Positions 50,474 through 60,143 of a stretch of DNA of 64,000 bases are shown one piece after another (the stretch's first letter is position 1; each line of letters begins with the position of its first letter). The notes below the pieces were generated by a model, which was not told the DNA's origin, searched no databases, and worked only from the letters and a program-made list of their open reading frames with translations. Both the position numbers and the translations under genes were made by a program. Origin of the DNA: an uncultured Gemmatimonadales bacterium (lineage in GTDB: Bacteria > Gemmatimonadota > Gemmatimonadetes > Longimicrobiales > Gaopeijiaceae); contig CAWELD010000003.1 in NCBI GenBank assembly GCA_963809895.1, positions 2,592,001 through 2,656,000 of the forward strand, read 5' to 3'.

Positions 50474-51244
50474 GTGGCCGTCCTTCCCGTGCTCATCTTG
50501 GGTCAGGAACCCCGCTGGATCCAAGAGCAGGTAGGCGCAGTCCTGCGGAGCCTGCCAGAGCACCTCGACTGGGTTCGGGTCGAGCGGTTTCCGGAGGATG
50601 CCCGGGCATGCCTGATCGCCACCGATGATCTTACCTGGCCACCGCTGAGGCGTCTCGTGGCCCGGTTCGCGGCTCCGGGGCGAATGATTCTGATGTTGAG
50701 CTGGGCCCGGCCCATCCAACTGCGGCATGTGAGGCAATGGCCGCTCTACGACGTTTTCACCCTCCCCCAAGAGGCGGACCGGCTCCGCTCATTCTTGCAG
50801 GTCATGCGGAGGACGTCTCAACTCCAGTTTTGGAAGCTCAATCCAGGTCTTCCGGGAAGCGTCGCTGTCGCGCTGAGGCACCTCTTGCGCGTTGCAGACT
50901 CGCTGCTGGAACAGCCGCCACCCCGCTCCTGCTCAGGCTTGGCGGATATCCTGGGGATGGATCGGTCAAACCTCGCTCGGCAATCATGCAGGCTAGGGTT
51001 GGACCTCGGATTGATCGCCCGGATCAGCACGATACGCTGGATCCATTTGAACATCGAGGCCTTTGGGTATGATAGCAGCACACTTGCGACACGATTGGGA
51101 TACCGCTCCGCCCGCAGCCTCAGGCGTTTCGTTCGTACGAGCCTGGGCGCCCCCATCCAGGAACTCGCCACCACTCCGATTGAGGACATAGACCGGCGAC
51201 TCCTCGACCTGTTGAATCCAGTGCTTTGGATCGATTCAGCCTAG
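50474..51244 (+). CDS. AraC-like HTH regulator with divergent N-terminal domain
   Basis: GGAGGA RBS; LADILGMDRSNLAR and LATRLGYRSARSLRRFVR..LG double HTH. Confidence 0.7.
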   Translation: MAVLPVLILGQEPRWIQEQVGAVLRSLPEHLDWVRVERFPEDARACLIATDDLTWPPLRRLVARFAAPGRMILMLSWARPIQLRHVRQWPLYDVFTLPQEADRLRSFLQVMRRTSQLQFWKLNPGLPGSVAVALRHLLRVADSLLEQPPPRSCSGLADILGMDRSNLARQSCRLGLDLGLIARISTIRWIHLNIEAFGYDSSTLATRLGYRSARSLRRFVRTSLGAPIQELATTPIEDIDRRLLDLLNPVLWIDSA

Positions 51245-51402
51245 CTTCCGGCGACAGAGACCGTGCGCACACCAAGGAGACACGGTTCGGACCGCAAGCC
51301 ACGAATCGGTCCGTGCGGCCTCCGACATCCTGACCGATACTGCTCATACGCATCCGTAGGGGACGCCTGAAGCATCCGGGCGAGAATAGGGAGGGTGGGG
51401 AC

Positions 51403-52515
51403 GTGACGATCCGGTCCATGGCAATGCTCACCCTCGGTCTGAGTCTAGGTCTGGAGAGCATCCCAACAGGCCATCCTCCCGCATTCACGGGCGACGATCC
51501 GAGACGCTGCCCACCCTGCTCGATCTCGGTCAAGCGCGTCCTCTCAGTCGGCGAAGACGCGGATGGGTATCTCGACGATCTTGCCCTGGGCGTTTCCGTG
51601 ATTGGGCCCTACGTCTTCGTAACGCCGAATGGAGCGCGACGGATACTCGTATTCGATACGGCAGGGTCGTATCTGCGGGATCTGGCTCCGTCGGGGCAAG
51701 GGCCCCGGGAACTGCTGCGTCCTCTGCAGGTCTTTCCCATTGCTCCTGACTCCCTTGGAGTCCTGGATGTCGGCAACCTCCGCGTCGCCGTGTTGGACTC
51801 CAGCCTTTCGATCGCACGCACCGTGCGACTCCCCGGGCCCACTGGACAGGTGGTCCCCCTCACCTCGGGGCTCGTTGTCGCGACGGGCTTATACGACCAG
51901 GACGCCGCGGGGATCATACAGCCGCTTCATGTCCTCAATCTGTCTGGCAGTCATGCATCGGTGATTCGGTCCTTCGGAGGTTCGTCGGACCGATCGCTTG
52001 AACGAGATCGGCTTCTGTTGGCGCTGGACCCCACGAGCATGTGGGTCTGGGCAGCACGGGGGAATCAATATCTGTTCGAACACTGGGACACGAATGGATC
52101 GCTCGATGCGTCCTTCGCGCCGGATCGAGACTGGCTCGGCAACATCGCGGGACGTGGCCAAGGCACGCCGGACTACCCGCCATCGTCCTTTGTCGTCGCC
52201 GTCTCCACGGACGAAGAGGCGCGCCTGTGGGTGTTCACGCTCATCCCCGACATGAACTGGAAGGAGGCGTGGTCAGGCGTCCACCTGACACCGGGGGTCG
52301 AGTTGGATCGACGCACCCGACCGCCACGCCAGAAGCTGTTCGACACGATGGTGGAGGTCTTTCTGCCCAACGGCGAGTCGATTGCCCAACGACGACTCGA
52401 CGAGGTGGTGGTTTCGGCATCTGCCTCGCATCTCGCCACGACTCGCTTGGACCCTTCCGGCGTGCCCATCGCGGAGTTGTGGCGCTTCATCCTCACCCCA
52501 AGCGAAGGAGGATAG
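51403..52515 (+). CDS. Secreted 6-bladed beta-propeller protein
   Basis: CPPC; SGQGPREL; DSLGVLD; DEEARLWV; DTMVEVF. Confidence 0.78.
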   Translation: MTIRSMAMLTLGLSLGLESIPTGHPPAFTGDDPRRCPPCSISVKRVLSVGEDADGYLDDLALGVSVIGPYVFVTPNGARRILVFDTAGSYLRDLAPSGQGPRELLRPLQVFPIAPDSLGVLDVGNLRVAVLDSSLSIARTVRLPGPTGQVVPLTSGLVVATGLYDQDAAGIIQPLHVLNLSGSHASVIRSFGGSSDRSLERDRLLLALDPTSMWVWAARGNQYLFEHWDTNGSLDASFAPDRDWLGNIAGRGQGTPDYPPSSFVVAVSTDEEARLWVFTLIPDMNWKEAWSGVHLTPGVELDRRTRPPRQKLFDTMVEVFLPNGESIAQRRLDEVVVSASASHLATTRLDPSGVPIAELWRFILTPSEGG

Positions 52516-52517
52516 AC

Positions 52518-52994
52518 GTGGGAAGCTCACTGAAGTTCATGCTGCTGTTCGGAGCGCTCGGAGCCGTCTTCGCGGTGCTGCCCAAGCATGTGGTAGGGCA
52601 GCAAGGAGGAAGCTCGCAGTGTGGGTACTGCGACTACCCGCCGTCCTCGGTATGCATCGAAGGTGAACACGAGGTGGATGAGGATGGGAACGGACTCCTC
52701 AGGGAAGGCTACCACGCCGACTGTCGAGTGACGGTGTGGTCGTGCGAAGAGTGGCACTCGGAATGTAACCCGGCCGAGGATGTCCAGGCTCTGAAGGAGA
52801 TGGTCGCTTCTGTGAAGGTCGGGGACTGGTTCGCGGTCCGCACCGCAGGAGAGACCGCACGCGCCCACCTCCAGTTCAAGCGAGAATCCGGACAGGTGCT
52901 TGTCACGGACTGCCATGGCGCCGTGATCGCCCAAGCCTATCTGGGGGCCGAACTGGTTCAGAGGGTTGAAAGTCTCCTCGCGGATCCGACGTAG
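52518..52994 (+). CDS. Small secreted Cys/His-rich protein B (158 aa)
   Basis: AAGGAGGA RBS; signal peptide; CGYC..C..H..H.DC..SC..H.EC; TDCHGAVI tail. Confidence 0.8.
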   Translation: MGSSLKFMLLFGALGAVFAVLPKHVVGQQGGSSQCGYCDYPPSSVCIEGEHEVDEDGNGLLREGYHADCRVTVWSCEEWHSECNPAEDVQALKEMVASVKVGDWFAVRTAGETARAHLQFKRESGQVLVTDCHGAVIAQAYLGAELVQRVESLLADPT

Positions 52995-53141
52995 TTCTGA
53001 GGGAGGAGGGAGGGTGGCTCCCGATGCCGCGTGGAGGTCCGGGCATCGGGAGCCCCTCTACCAGTTGGATGCCGCCTCGTGCCACTCCGCCCCACTGACA
53101 ATGTCGCAGCCACAGCCGTGCTACTTCAGATCGGTCCAGCG

Positions 53142-54250
53142 ATGACCTTCCGCTGGGTCTGGCGCCGACTCTCCGACTTCGGTCGGAGAGCAATGGTCGC
53201 GAGCCTCATGGGCCTCGCCCTGGTCAGGCCGAGCCTCGCCCAGACCGTCCCCGTCCGCGGCATCGTCTTCGACTCCGCCAGGCGCTCGGCGCTGTCCAAC
53301 GTCCCCGTGGCCCTCGTCACCGCCGCGGGATCGGACACGGTGGCGCTGGTCGCGTCCGACCACGTGGGGATCTTCCACTTCGAGGCGGCGCCGGGACGCT
53401 ACCGGATCGTCGCGAGCAAACCGGGCTACCGAGCCTCCGACGGGATCCGCCTCACCCTCCCGGCTGCCAACGCCGGCGGGCTGCTGCTTCCGCTGGAGCC
53501 GCTGGACGCACTCGCCATCGAGACCCGGCGCGAGGGCGACGCCGGCCCGGGGGGCGGGCCCGCCCGCGTGCTGGCCCACATCGTCGACGCCGAGACCGGC
53601 CGCGGAGTGGAGGGCGCCGAGGTGGCCATCGCCGCTCCCGCCGACACGGCGCGTGGGATCTCCGACGTCAACGGCTACGTGGCGCTGGACGAGGTGCCGC
53701 CGCTGGCCGAATCGCTCACCGTCCGGCACCTGGCGTACGGCGACGAGAGCACTCCGCTGCTGCTGGCGGCCGGAAGCAGCTACCGCATGGAGCTCACGCT
53801 ACGACCGCGGGCGCTGGAACTCGAGGGCATCACCGCCACCAGCCGGGCCGAGTTCAACCGCCTGAAGGGGCTCCGCGTGCGCATGGCCCGCGGCCTTGGT
53901 GGACACTTCATGCTGGCCGAGGAGCTGGAGGCAAGGAGCTACCCGCCCCTGAATACCGCGCTCTACTCCCTGCCCTCGGTCAACGTGCGGAAATTCAGCA
54001 CCAGTGATCAGTTCAACGAGCGCGTCTTCATCCGGGGGTGCAAGGCCTCGATCTTCATCGATGGCGTGGAGGTCTTCAATCCGTGGGATGACGTCTCGGG
54101 TAGCCCGCCGCAGCTCGCGGAATTTCTGCACATTCCCACCATCGGCATCGAAGCGATCGAGGTCTACTCCGGCGCCGCCTCGCTCCCTCCGGAGTTCAAT
54201 ACCACGGGCACCCGATGTGCGCCCTGGTGATCTGGACGAAGCGGGGCTAG
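53142..54250 (+). CDS. Carboxypeptidase-regulatory + plug-like protein, copy 2 (frameshift ~54219)
   Basis: Near-identical to 49127-50234. Confidence 0.75.
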
Positions 54251-54345
54251 GGACGGACGGCCGCTTGCCCGCCCGAACGCCTCCTACCTTCGCTTTGCAC
54301 CGTGAGCGCGTTCGAACTCCTGCCCCTCCCCTGAGTGGATGGCCC

Positions 54346-55370
54346 ATGATGCGATGGTCCAGACGGGTCTCGAAGCGAGTCGCCTCGACTCTCGGGCTCG
54401 TGGCAGTCACTCTCGCCACGACGCTTGCGACGGCGGCGTCGCCCCCGCTGTGGTTGGACGTGAAGGCGCCCTTTCCCACGCTCTGGCGGCCGACGGCGAC
54501 ACCCAGATGGGCACCGTCCTCACGGCGGCATCCACCTCTTCCGGCGAGGCCAGCGCCCTCCTCGCGGCTTTTCAGGGAGAGTCCACCAAGCTCCTCCTTG
54601 CGTTGATCGGAGAGGTGGGGACGCTCGAGCAGGCCGGCGCGTTGACGAGTGGACAGGCGGGAGCCCTTGGGAATCATCTGCAAAATGCGGATCGGTTCAT
54701 CCAGGACCTCCGCCTCGACCTGGGGCTCATGCAGGTGCGCTCGTTCCGGATTCAGGTCGGGGGACTCGTCCACGACGCACTGCTCACCTCTACCGAGGCG
54801 CAACCCCTGCTGGAGGGGGCGGCGCAACTGATCGCGGATTTCCGGAGTCGCTTCGCCTGTCCCGATCCCGAGGCCATCGAGCAGCAGCTTCAAGAGTCCC
54901 TGGAGGACCGGGAGATCCACCCCACGCTGCGCGTGGATGTGGGGATCGAGGAGGAGAGCCCGGTCGTCGATGAGCCCGTGACGCTCGTCGTGCGCGTGGA
55001 GGAGTTGGGCGGGCCGGTCCGGGGCGCGGAGGTGCAGGCCCGGGTGCGCCTGTACGGGGGCTACTGCACGGCATACCGCCTTCTCGATGACGGTTCGGGC
55101 GCTGATGGGAGCGCGAACGACGGGACCTATACCGCGGTGCTCTCCGGTTTCAGGGCTCCCGGCACCTATCGCCTCCTGGTCACCGCCACCGGTGTCGGGG
55201 CCGGCAACAGCGAGTTCAACCGAGCCCGCCTGCTCTCGCTGTTGGTGAGCGGAGCGGATCCCGACGAATCGTCCACTACCATCGGTGATCCGACGTCTCC
55301 CGTGCTGCTCGACAACCCGGTCCCGCCCCGGCTGTTCTACAATCCGATCCCGCTGGGTCCTGGCGGCTGA
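54346..55370 (+). CDS. Probable lipoprotein with helical (FIMAH-like) and choice-of-anchor X-like domains (frameshift ~54423)
   Basis: Signal in one frame, AC-DGG lipobox in next; LLDDGSGADGSANDGTYTA. Confidence 0.6.
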
Positions 55371-55374
55371 TCGG

Positions 55375-55468
55375 CCCCCGTCAGCGTCTCGCCGCCTGCG
55401 CGACCTCCCGGTCGCTGAGCGCCCGCACCTCGACCCGGGCGGTCCCGGGACCCACCACCCCGAGCTGG
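55375..55468 (-). repeat. 94-bp direct repeat within rlpA 3' end
   Basis: Identical to 50249-50342. Confidence 0.95.
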
Positions 55469-55938
55469 CGGGCGGCGGCGTAGGAGAGGTCGATGATGCG
55501 CTCGTCGGTGCGCGCGAAGGGACCCCGGTCGTTGATCCGCACCGTGAGTTGGCGGCCGTTGTCCAGGTTGGTGACCTCCACCCAGGTGTTCAGGGGGAGG
55601 GTGCGGTGGGCGGCGCTGGGACGGTCGGGGTCGAAGATCTCACCGCTGGAGGTGGGGCGGCCCGCGAACTCCTCGCCGTACCAGGACGCGATGCCCCGCT
55701 CACGGTAGCCGTCGGCCTGATCCATGACCTGGTACCGGACCCCGAAGACCTCGTAGGTGCGGCCGGCGTCGGAGGGACCTCCCACCGGAGCTGCGGGGAT
55801 TCCCGCCGGCGAAGGCGCCGTGTCACCGTGACCCGAGGGGTATCCCACCAGGGTGCACCCGGATACGGAGAGCAGCAGCAGGCCGGCAGCCGCCACGCCC
55901 GCTCCCCCTCGTCGTCCGGACCCTCGATGCGTTCCCAT
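55381..55938 (-). CDS. rlpA: Septal ring lytic transglycosylase RlpA family lipoprotein
   Basis: Lipobox VSGC; GIASWYG, AAHRTLP, VRINDRGPF, IIDLSYAAA. Confidence 0.92.
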   Translation of the reverse strand: MGTHRGSGRRGGAGVAAAGLLLLSVSGCTLVGYPSGHGDTAPSPAGIPAAPVGGPSDAGRTYEVFGVRYQVMDQADGYRERGIASWYGEEFAGRPTSSGEIFDPDRPSAAHRTLPLNTWVEVTNLDNGRQLTVRINDRGPFARTDERIIDLSYAAARQLGVVGPGTARVEVRALSDREVAQAARR

Positions 55939-55992
55939 ACTCTCGAAAATGGGAGACGAGCGTTGGCAGGCCAAGCTTTTCCTCGCTCCCCC

Positions 55993-56181
55993 TGAAAACA
56001 CTTGCGGGGAAGGCTGGTCTCCCAGCCTCCCCCGCGAGAGGAGGAGCGGCCCGGTTCAGTTGGCCTGGGACCCTCCCTTCACCAGACTGGCGTCCCCGGG
56101 ACCGCTCCAGAGCCCTTTGTGTCGGAGCCTTTTCCGCGAGGCCCCTTCGGCGTCGGGCGGGGACTCCGTCCGCTCTGACGC
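55993..56181 (-). ncRNA. Candidate structured leader or sRNA ending in terminator, upstream of rlpA
   Basis: TATCAT -10-like at 56188-56193; three hairpins; 14-bp stem with GAGA loop (56004-56035) followed by GTGTTTTC. Confidence 0.4.
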
Positions 56182-56659
56182 TGCACCATGATACCGGTTG
56201 GCCAGTCCGGATGCTGTCGGGCGCAGCCCCCTTGGTCGTGGGGGGAAGGGGTAAGGCGCCTGTCGGGAAATCCCCCACGCGACGCCTCCCTGAAAACGGC
56301 GACGGCCCGGCGAGCCTGAGCTCACCGGGCCGCAAAGGAGGTCGGGGCCTCCTGCTGGCACCTCACCGCCAAACGCTATCGCCGCGCTTCCGCACGCTCC
56401 CCTGAGGAGAACCCCGACCGGACCTGCGCCTCCCTGGGCGTCCGCACCAGCCGCTCGGAAACGGCCGGGCGCCGGCGCGCGCACTGGGAGTATGTGAAAT
56501 CCACGTTCCGCCGGCTGAATCGCCCGCTGGTGTATCGCAAGAGTGCCATCGTCGTCCTTCCGTTCCGCCCCTCCTCGCACCGGCAGGCCTGGGCTCGATC
56601 CCGCCGGCAGCGGACCCCGTCCGCTTCTCACCACCCTACGGATGGGACGTCGGAAGGAT

Positions 56660-57904
56660 TCACAAGGTTGCCTGCACGCCCTCGCTCTCCAGGATGCCGA
56701 CGATCTCCACCAGGTGCTCCTGGCCCCGGGTCTCCAGAGTGAAGACGATCTCCACGTCGCCCACCGAGATGTCGGCGAAGCCCCGGCGATGGGTGGTCTC
56801 CAGCACGTTGGCGCCGAGCCCGGCCACGATCTTCGTGACGCGCGCCAGCGACCCGGGTCGGTCCGGGACCTTCACCCTGAGGCGAACCAGGCGGCCGTCG
56901 GCCAGGAGCCCGCGGTCGATGATGCGCGAGACGATGTTGACGTCGATGTTGCCGCCGGAGAGCACCAGCACCGCGGTCTCCGTGGGCTTCACGGGCACCC
57001 GTCCGGTGGTCATGGCGGCCAGCGCCACGGCGGCGGCCCCCTCCACCACCGTCTTCTGACGCTCGAGCAGCACCAGGATGGCGCTGGCGATCTCCTCTTC
57101 GGTGACCACCACCAGGTCGTCCACCAGCGCTTCGATCATGGGAAAGGTCAGCTCGCCCACGCGCTTGGTGGCGATGCCGTCGGCCAGGGTGTGGGAGCTC
57201 TGGATCTTCACGATCTCGCCGGCGTCGCGCGACGCCCGCGCCGAGGGCGCGGCCTGGGCCTCCACCCCCACCACACGGAGCTCCGGCCGGTGCGCCTTCA
57301 TGGCCAGGGCGATCCCCGAGATCATCCCCCCACCTCCCACCGGGACCACCACCACCGCCGCGTCGGGCACCTGCTCCAGGATCTCCAGGCCGATGGTACC
57401 CTGCCCCGCGATCACGTGGGGATCGTCGAAGGCCGACACCATGATCAGGCCCTCGTCGGCCTCCAGCCGCCACGCCTCTTCGGCGGCGTCGTCCAGGACC
57501 GTGCCCTTCTGAAGCACCCGGGCGCCGAATCCCCGGGTGTTGGTGACCTTGATGATCGGTGCGGTCTCGGGCATGACCACCGTGCAGGGAATCCCCAGGC
57601 GGTTGGCGTGATAGGCCAGCGCCTGGGCGTGATTACCCGCGCTGGCGGTGACCACGCCGCGCCGGCGCTCGTCGTCGTCCAGGTGCAGGAGCCGGTTCAG
57701 CGATCCCCGGTCCTTGAACGAGCCGGTGCGCTGCAGGTTCTCCAGCTTGAAGTGGAGCCGGCAGTCCACCAGGTCCCGGAACCCCAGGGCCCGGGGCGAG
57801 GGGGTGTGAACGATGTCGTCCGCGATGCGTTCGCGGGCCGCGTCCACGTCGGCCGGCTGCACCGGGAGGGAGGCCACGGCGTCCGGTGCGCGGGAGGGCG
57901 CCAC
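56660..57904 (-). CDS. ilvA: Threonine ammonia-lyase with C-terminal ACT domain
   Basis: KLENLQRTGSFKDRG, ASAGNHAQ, VGGGG, LSGGNID, PDRPGSL. Confidence 0.9.
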   Translation of the reverse strand: MAPSRAPDAVASLPVQPADVDAARERIADDIVHTPSPRALGFRDLVDCRLHFKLENLQRTGSFKDRGSLNRLLHLDDDERRRGVVTASAGNHAQALAYHANRLGIPCTVVMPETAPIIKVTNTRGFGARVLQKGTVLDDAAEEAWRLEADEGLIMVSAFDDPHVIAGQGTIGLEILEQVPDAAVVVVPVGGGGMISGIALAMKAHRPELRVVGVEAQAAPSARASRDAGEIVKIQSSHTLADGIATKRVGELTFPMIEALVDDLVVVTEEEIASAILVLLERQKTVVEGAAAVALAAMTTGRVPVKPTETAVLVLSGGNIDVNIVSRIIDRGLLADGRLVRLRVKVPDRPGSLARVTKIVAGLGANVLETTHRRGFADISVGDVEIVFTLETRGQEHLVEIVGILESEGVQATL

Positions 57905-57908
57905 GGGG

Positions 57909-58451
57909 TCAGCTCCCGCCGGGGCCGCGGGAGCGGTGCATGTAGTGGATGCGCCAGCTCCCGGCGGCGTCCGGTTGCAGCACCAGCGTCTCCACGCCCC
58001 ACCAAGGCACGGACTCGCCGGTGATGGCGGCCCGGTAGCGGAGCATGACCAGACGCACGTCGTCCATCCGGTCCACACGGGTGCCGATGCGCTCCCAGCG
58101 GAGTCCGTTGGGCGCCACGTCCCCCGCCTCCATGGACGAGGGCAGCGGGCCCGTGCCCTGCGCCGACCACAGGACGCCCTCTTCCTGATCCACCAGCAGG
58201 GCGTCGGGCCCGATCAACGAGGCCACGCGCGACGCGTCGCCGGCAGCCAGAGCCTGGTGAAAGGCGTCCACCACCACCATCAGCGAATCCTCGGCCAGCG
58301 CCTCGGCCGAAGGTGCTTCGTCGCCGCCCTCGGCCCCCATACCGGGAAGGTCACCCGAGTCGGCTTCGGCCCGGCGCTCGAAGGTGCATCCGCCCACGAG
58401 CGCGGCCGCCGCGACGACCAGCAGCGGCAGACGGACACGCCGGATGCTCAC
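57909..58451 (-). CDS. NTF2/SnoaL-like lipoprotein
   Basis: Lipobox VGGC; FHQALAAGD; ETLVL..WRIHYMHRS. Confidence 0.72.
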   Translation of the reverse strand: MSIRRVRLPLLVVAAAALVGGCTFERRAEADSGDLPGMGAEGGDEAPSAEALAEDSLMVVVDAFHQALAAGDASRVASLIGPDALLVDQEEGVLWSAQGTGPLPSSMEAGDVAPNGLRWERIGTRVDRMDDVRLVMLRYRAAITGESVPWWGVETLVLQPDAAGSWRIHYMHRSRGPGGS

Positions 58452-58858
58452 GGGCGACGGCGGTAGCGGCCCAGCTTCAACGGGGGATCCATGCGGATCT
58501 GGAAATGGAGGCGGTTCTCACCCTCCACCACCACGTTGCGCTGGACCTGGCGCGTCTTCGGGTAGTCCTTGCCCGACTCGCTTTCCACCAGGAGCACCTC
58601 GTCCGATCCCAGCGAATCCTCCAGCTCGCGCACGCGGCTCTCAAGGCGGTCGAGGAGCGCCTGCTCGGCCTCGTCGTGGACGAAGCCCTCGGCCTCGGTG
58701 GCGAGCTCGTAGCCGTCCACCCGCTCCCAGCCGTCCTCGAAGGCCACCCACTCCAGCGACCAGTCGTGGTCCCGGCGGAAGCCGATCTCGTTGAGGGCCT
58801 TGGAGTCGAAGTTCATGGCCACACTCTGCACGGTGTTCCCGTAACGTCGGATGATCAT
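58448..58858 (-). CDS. Hypothetical protein
   Basis: Operon-coupled, GC3-typical ORF MIIRRYG... Confidence 0.7.
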   Translation of the reverse strand: MIIRRYGNTVQSVAMNFDSKALNEIGFRRDHDWSLEWVAFEDGWERVDGYELATEAEGFVHDEAEQALLDRLESRVRELEDSLGSDEVLLVESESGKDYPKTRQVQRNVVVEGENRLHFQIRMDPPLKLGRYRRRP

Positions 58859-58874
58859 GCGCGGTCTCGGAAGA

Positions 58875-60143
58875 TCAGTCGAACTTGAGAAGCTCGGCCA
58901 GCTCCTCGGGAGAGAGCTCCTCGCCCCGGCGAGCGCCCAGGCCCCGGGGCGAGCGGGAATGGCGGCCCCGGGTGCTGGCGGAGCTGGTGTCCGCCTGGGG
59001 GGCCCCGGCATAGTCGAACTCGGCGAGGTGCTCGCGCGGGAGCTTCCGCCCCAGGTGGTTCTCCAGGCTCTTCAGGTGGCCCAGGTCGCCGGCGGTGACG
59101 AGGGTGACGGCGGTGCCCAGCGCGCCGGCGCGGCCCGTGCGACCCACGCGGTGGACGTAGTCCTCGGGATCCAGCGGTACGTCGTAGTTCACCACGTGGC
59201 TGATCCCCTCGACGTCCAGGCCTCGCTGGGCGATGTCGGTGGCCACCAGGACGCGCACCTTACCGGTGGCGAAGCGGTCCAACGCCCCGGTGCGCTCGCG
59301 CATGGCCCGGTCCGAGTGCATGACGTCGGTGCGGATCCCCTCGCGCTCGAGGCGGGCCTCCAGCACGTCAGCGCCGGCCTTGGTGCGGCTGAAGACCAGC
59401 ACCTGGTCCCACCCGGGATTCTGGAGCAGGTGCAGGAGCAGGTCGGGCTTCTTCTCGGGCTTGACCGAGTAGACCACCTCGTCGATGCCGCTGGCGGTGG
59501 TGCCCGACGGGGCCGCCTCCACCCAGATGGCCTCGTCGGTGATGCGGAGCGCCAGGTCGTGCACCCCGTGGGGCATGGTGGCGCTGAAGAGCATGGTCTG
59601 GCGCTTCCGGGGCACACCACGCATGACGTCTTCGATCTGCGGACGGAAGCCCATGTCCAGCATGCGGTCCGCCTCGTCGAGGATGAAGAAGCGCACGTTG
59701 GAGAGGTCGGCGTTGCCCCGGCGCATCTGATCGATGAAGCGGCCCGGCGTCGCGGCGATGACCTCGTAGCCCTCACGGAGCGCCTCGTTCTGCGGGCCGT
59801 ACTTCACGCCCCCGTAGATGGCCGCCACCCGGATGGAGGTGCCCTTGGCCATGGCCTCGGTGTCCTCGGCCACCTGCTGCGCCAGCTCGCGAGTGGGCGC
59901 CAGGATCAGCGCCTGCAGCCCGCCGCCGGCCCGGATGCGCTCCAGCGTCGGCAACATGAAGGCGCCGGTCTTGCCCGTCCCGGTCTGGGCGATGCCCACC
60001 ACGTCCTTCCCCTCCATGACGGGGGGGATGGCCTTCCACTGGATGGGCGTGGGTATGGTCCAGCCCATGGCCTCCACGGCGGCGCGCGCCGCCTCGGAGA
60101 GCCCCAGGTCGTCGAAGGTCTTGTTCGGTTCGGTATCGGGCAC
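58875..60143 (-). CDS. DEAD-box RNA helicase (RhlE-like)
   Basis: AGGAGG RBS; Q motif PTPIQ, GTGKT, PTRELA, DEAD, SAT, YVHRVGRTGR. Confidence 0.95.
   Translation of the reverse strand: MPDTEPNKTFDDLGLSEAARAAVEAMGWTIPTPIQWKAIPPVMEGKDVVGIAQTGTGKTGAFMLPTLERIRAGGGLQALILAPTRELAQQVAEDTEAMAKGTSIRVAAIYGGVKYGPQNEALREGYEVIAATPGRFIDQMRRGNADLSNVRFFILDEADRMLDMGFRPQIEDVMRGVPRKRQTMLFSATMPHGVHDLALRITDEAIWVEAAPSGTTASGIDEVVYSVKPEKKPDLLLHLLQNPGWDQVLVFSRTKAGADVLEARLEREGIRTDVMHSDRAMRERTGALDRFATGKVRVLVATDIAQRGLDVEGISHVVNYDVPLDPEDYVHRVGRTGRAGALGTAVTLVTAGDLGHLKSLENHLGRKLPREHLAEFDYAGAPQADTSSASTRGRHSRSPRGLGARRGEELSPEELAELLKFD

Larger units (their letters stand above)
50343..55374. mobile_element. Integrase-free genomic island 2 bounded by 94-bp direct repeats
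   Basis: Exact repeats; AT-richer cassette 50343-53123. Confidence 0.6.

Noticed and set aside
56040..56181. Canonical glycine or c-di-GMP-I riboswitch
   Set aside because: Has CGCCGAAGG and GACACAAAG but lacks CTCAGG and the remaining consensus; kept only as an unknown structured RNA
56056..56634. 192-aa minus-strand ORF
   Set aside because: No motif, RBS or codon bias; composition typical of spurious high-GC ORFs
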